DNA of 32,000 nucleotides from Halomicronema hongdechloris C2206 (GTDB lineage Bacteria; Cyanobacteriota; Cyanobacteriia; Phormidesmidales; Phormidesmidaceae): NCBI RefSeq assembly GCF_002075285.3, contig NZ_CP021983.2, positions 4,470,001 to 4,502,000 of the forward strand, read 5' to 3'. Shown piece by piece: positions 31,808 to 32,000 of this stretch (position 1 is its first letter; each line of letters starts with the position of its first letter). The notes under the pieces were generated by a model. It saw only the letters and a program-made list of their open reading frames with translations, ran no database searches and was not told where the DNA came from. The position numbers and the translations under genes were made by a program.

Positions 31808-32000
31808 ATGGAAATTCACTTGCGGCTGTGGCGGCAGGCCAGTGCAGAGGCATCTGGGCGGTTTGTAGACTACACTGTGTCCAATGCCAGCCCCAATATG
31901 TCCTTTCTAGAGCTCCTGGATGTACTCAACCAGCAATTAATTTACTCAGGAGAGGAGCCCATAGAGTTTGACTACGACTGCCGAGAGGGCATCTGCGGCT
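31808..32000 (+). CDS. sdhB: Succinate dehydrogenase/fumarate reductase iron-sulfur subunit, 5' partial (runs off the window)
   Basis: This ORF is not in the supplied track because no stop codon lies in the window. ATG 31808 gives MEIHLRLWRQASAEASGRFVDYTVSNASPNMSFLELLDVLNQQLIYSGEEPIEFDYDCREGICG, the 2Fe-2S N-terminal domain pattern (...CREGICGSC). GGAGAGG lies just upstream. Confidence 0.8.
   Translation, partial: MEIHLRLWRQASAEASGRFVDYTVSNASPNMSFLELLDVLNQQLIYSGEEPIEFDYDCREGICG

Noticed and set aside
1-32000. A scan for CRISPR arrays, rRNA or tRNA genes, and reverse-transcriptase-based elements (retron or DGR).
   Set aside because: I saw no regularly spaced direct repeats of 25-40 bp, no rRNA-like or cloverleaf-forming segments in the intergenic regions I read, and no YxDD-type reverse-transcriptase ORF.

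Overview
This window looks like a cyanobacterial chromosome segment. The evidence is 13 exact copies of the HIP1 octamer GCGATCGC, a GC-rich background (a spot-counted 60-nt line is about 60% GC) and cyanobacterial-type gene content. Most of it is ordinary housekeeping coding sequence: an HtrA protease, a LysM-M23 peptidase, a PabC-like class IV aminotransferase, ftsH, glgA, an ATP-dependent DNA ligase, a PEP-utilizing enzyme, comF-like, codA, a Ser/Thr kinase with TPR repeats, glmS, a MarC-family protein and the start of sdhB.

Three regions stand out.

1. An AT-rich, HIP1-free island at about 3.3-6.9 kb (spot-counted lines are 33-40% GC). I read it as a decayed chromosomal integron.
- It has a truncated, nonsense-interrupted intI-like gene on the minus strand.
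- A divergent attI-like region carries four copies of TGACAGATAA.
- Plus-strand cassettes end in two attC-like imperfect palindromes, with terminal boxes GGCTAAC...GTTAGAC and GTCTAAC...ATTAGGC.
- The cargo is a HEPN-like gene broken by two in-frame TAA codons, a small membrane protein, and a PIN-domain toxin with a small partner ORF.
- The island plus a neighbouring nonsense-mutated CMD-family gene is bracketed by an inverted pair of ~50-bp repeats and by GGCAGAA heptamer arrays.

2. A tightly coupled three-gene operon at 7598-12904, and my best candidate for an uncharacterised signalling or immunity-type system.
- The first gene encodes an HTH plus NB-ARC STAND NTPase with no sensor repeats.
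- The second encodes a 4-Cys zinc-ribbon Ser/Thr kinase with a degenerate glycine loop and a transmembrane segment.
- The third encodes a 968-aa protein with TPR-like repeats, a second P-loop (nSTAND-like) module and a C-terminal membrane anchor.

3. An ISL3 transposase remnant in an AT-rich patch between ftsH and glgA.

The PabC-like gene also appears to carry a +1 frameshift near its 5' end. I recognised no rRNA, tRNA or CRISPR array. All domain calls come from reading motifs by eye in the supplied translations; no database search was run.
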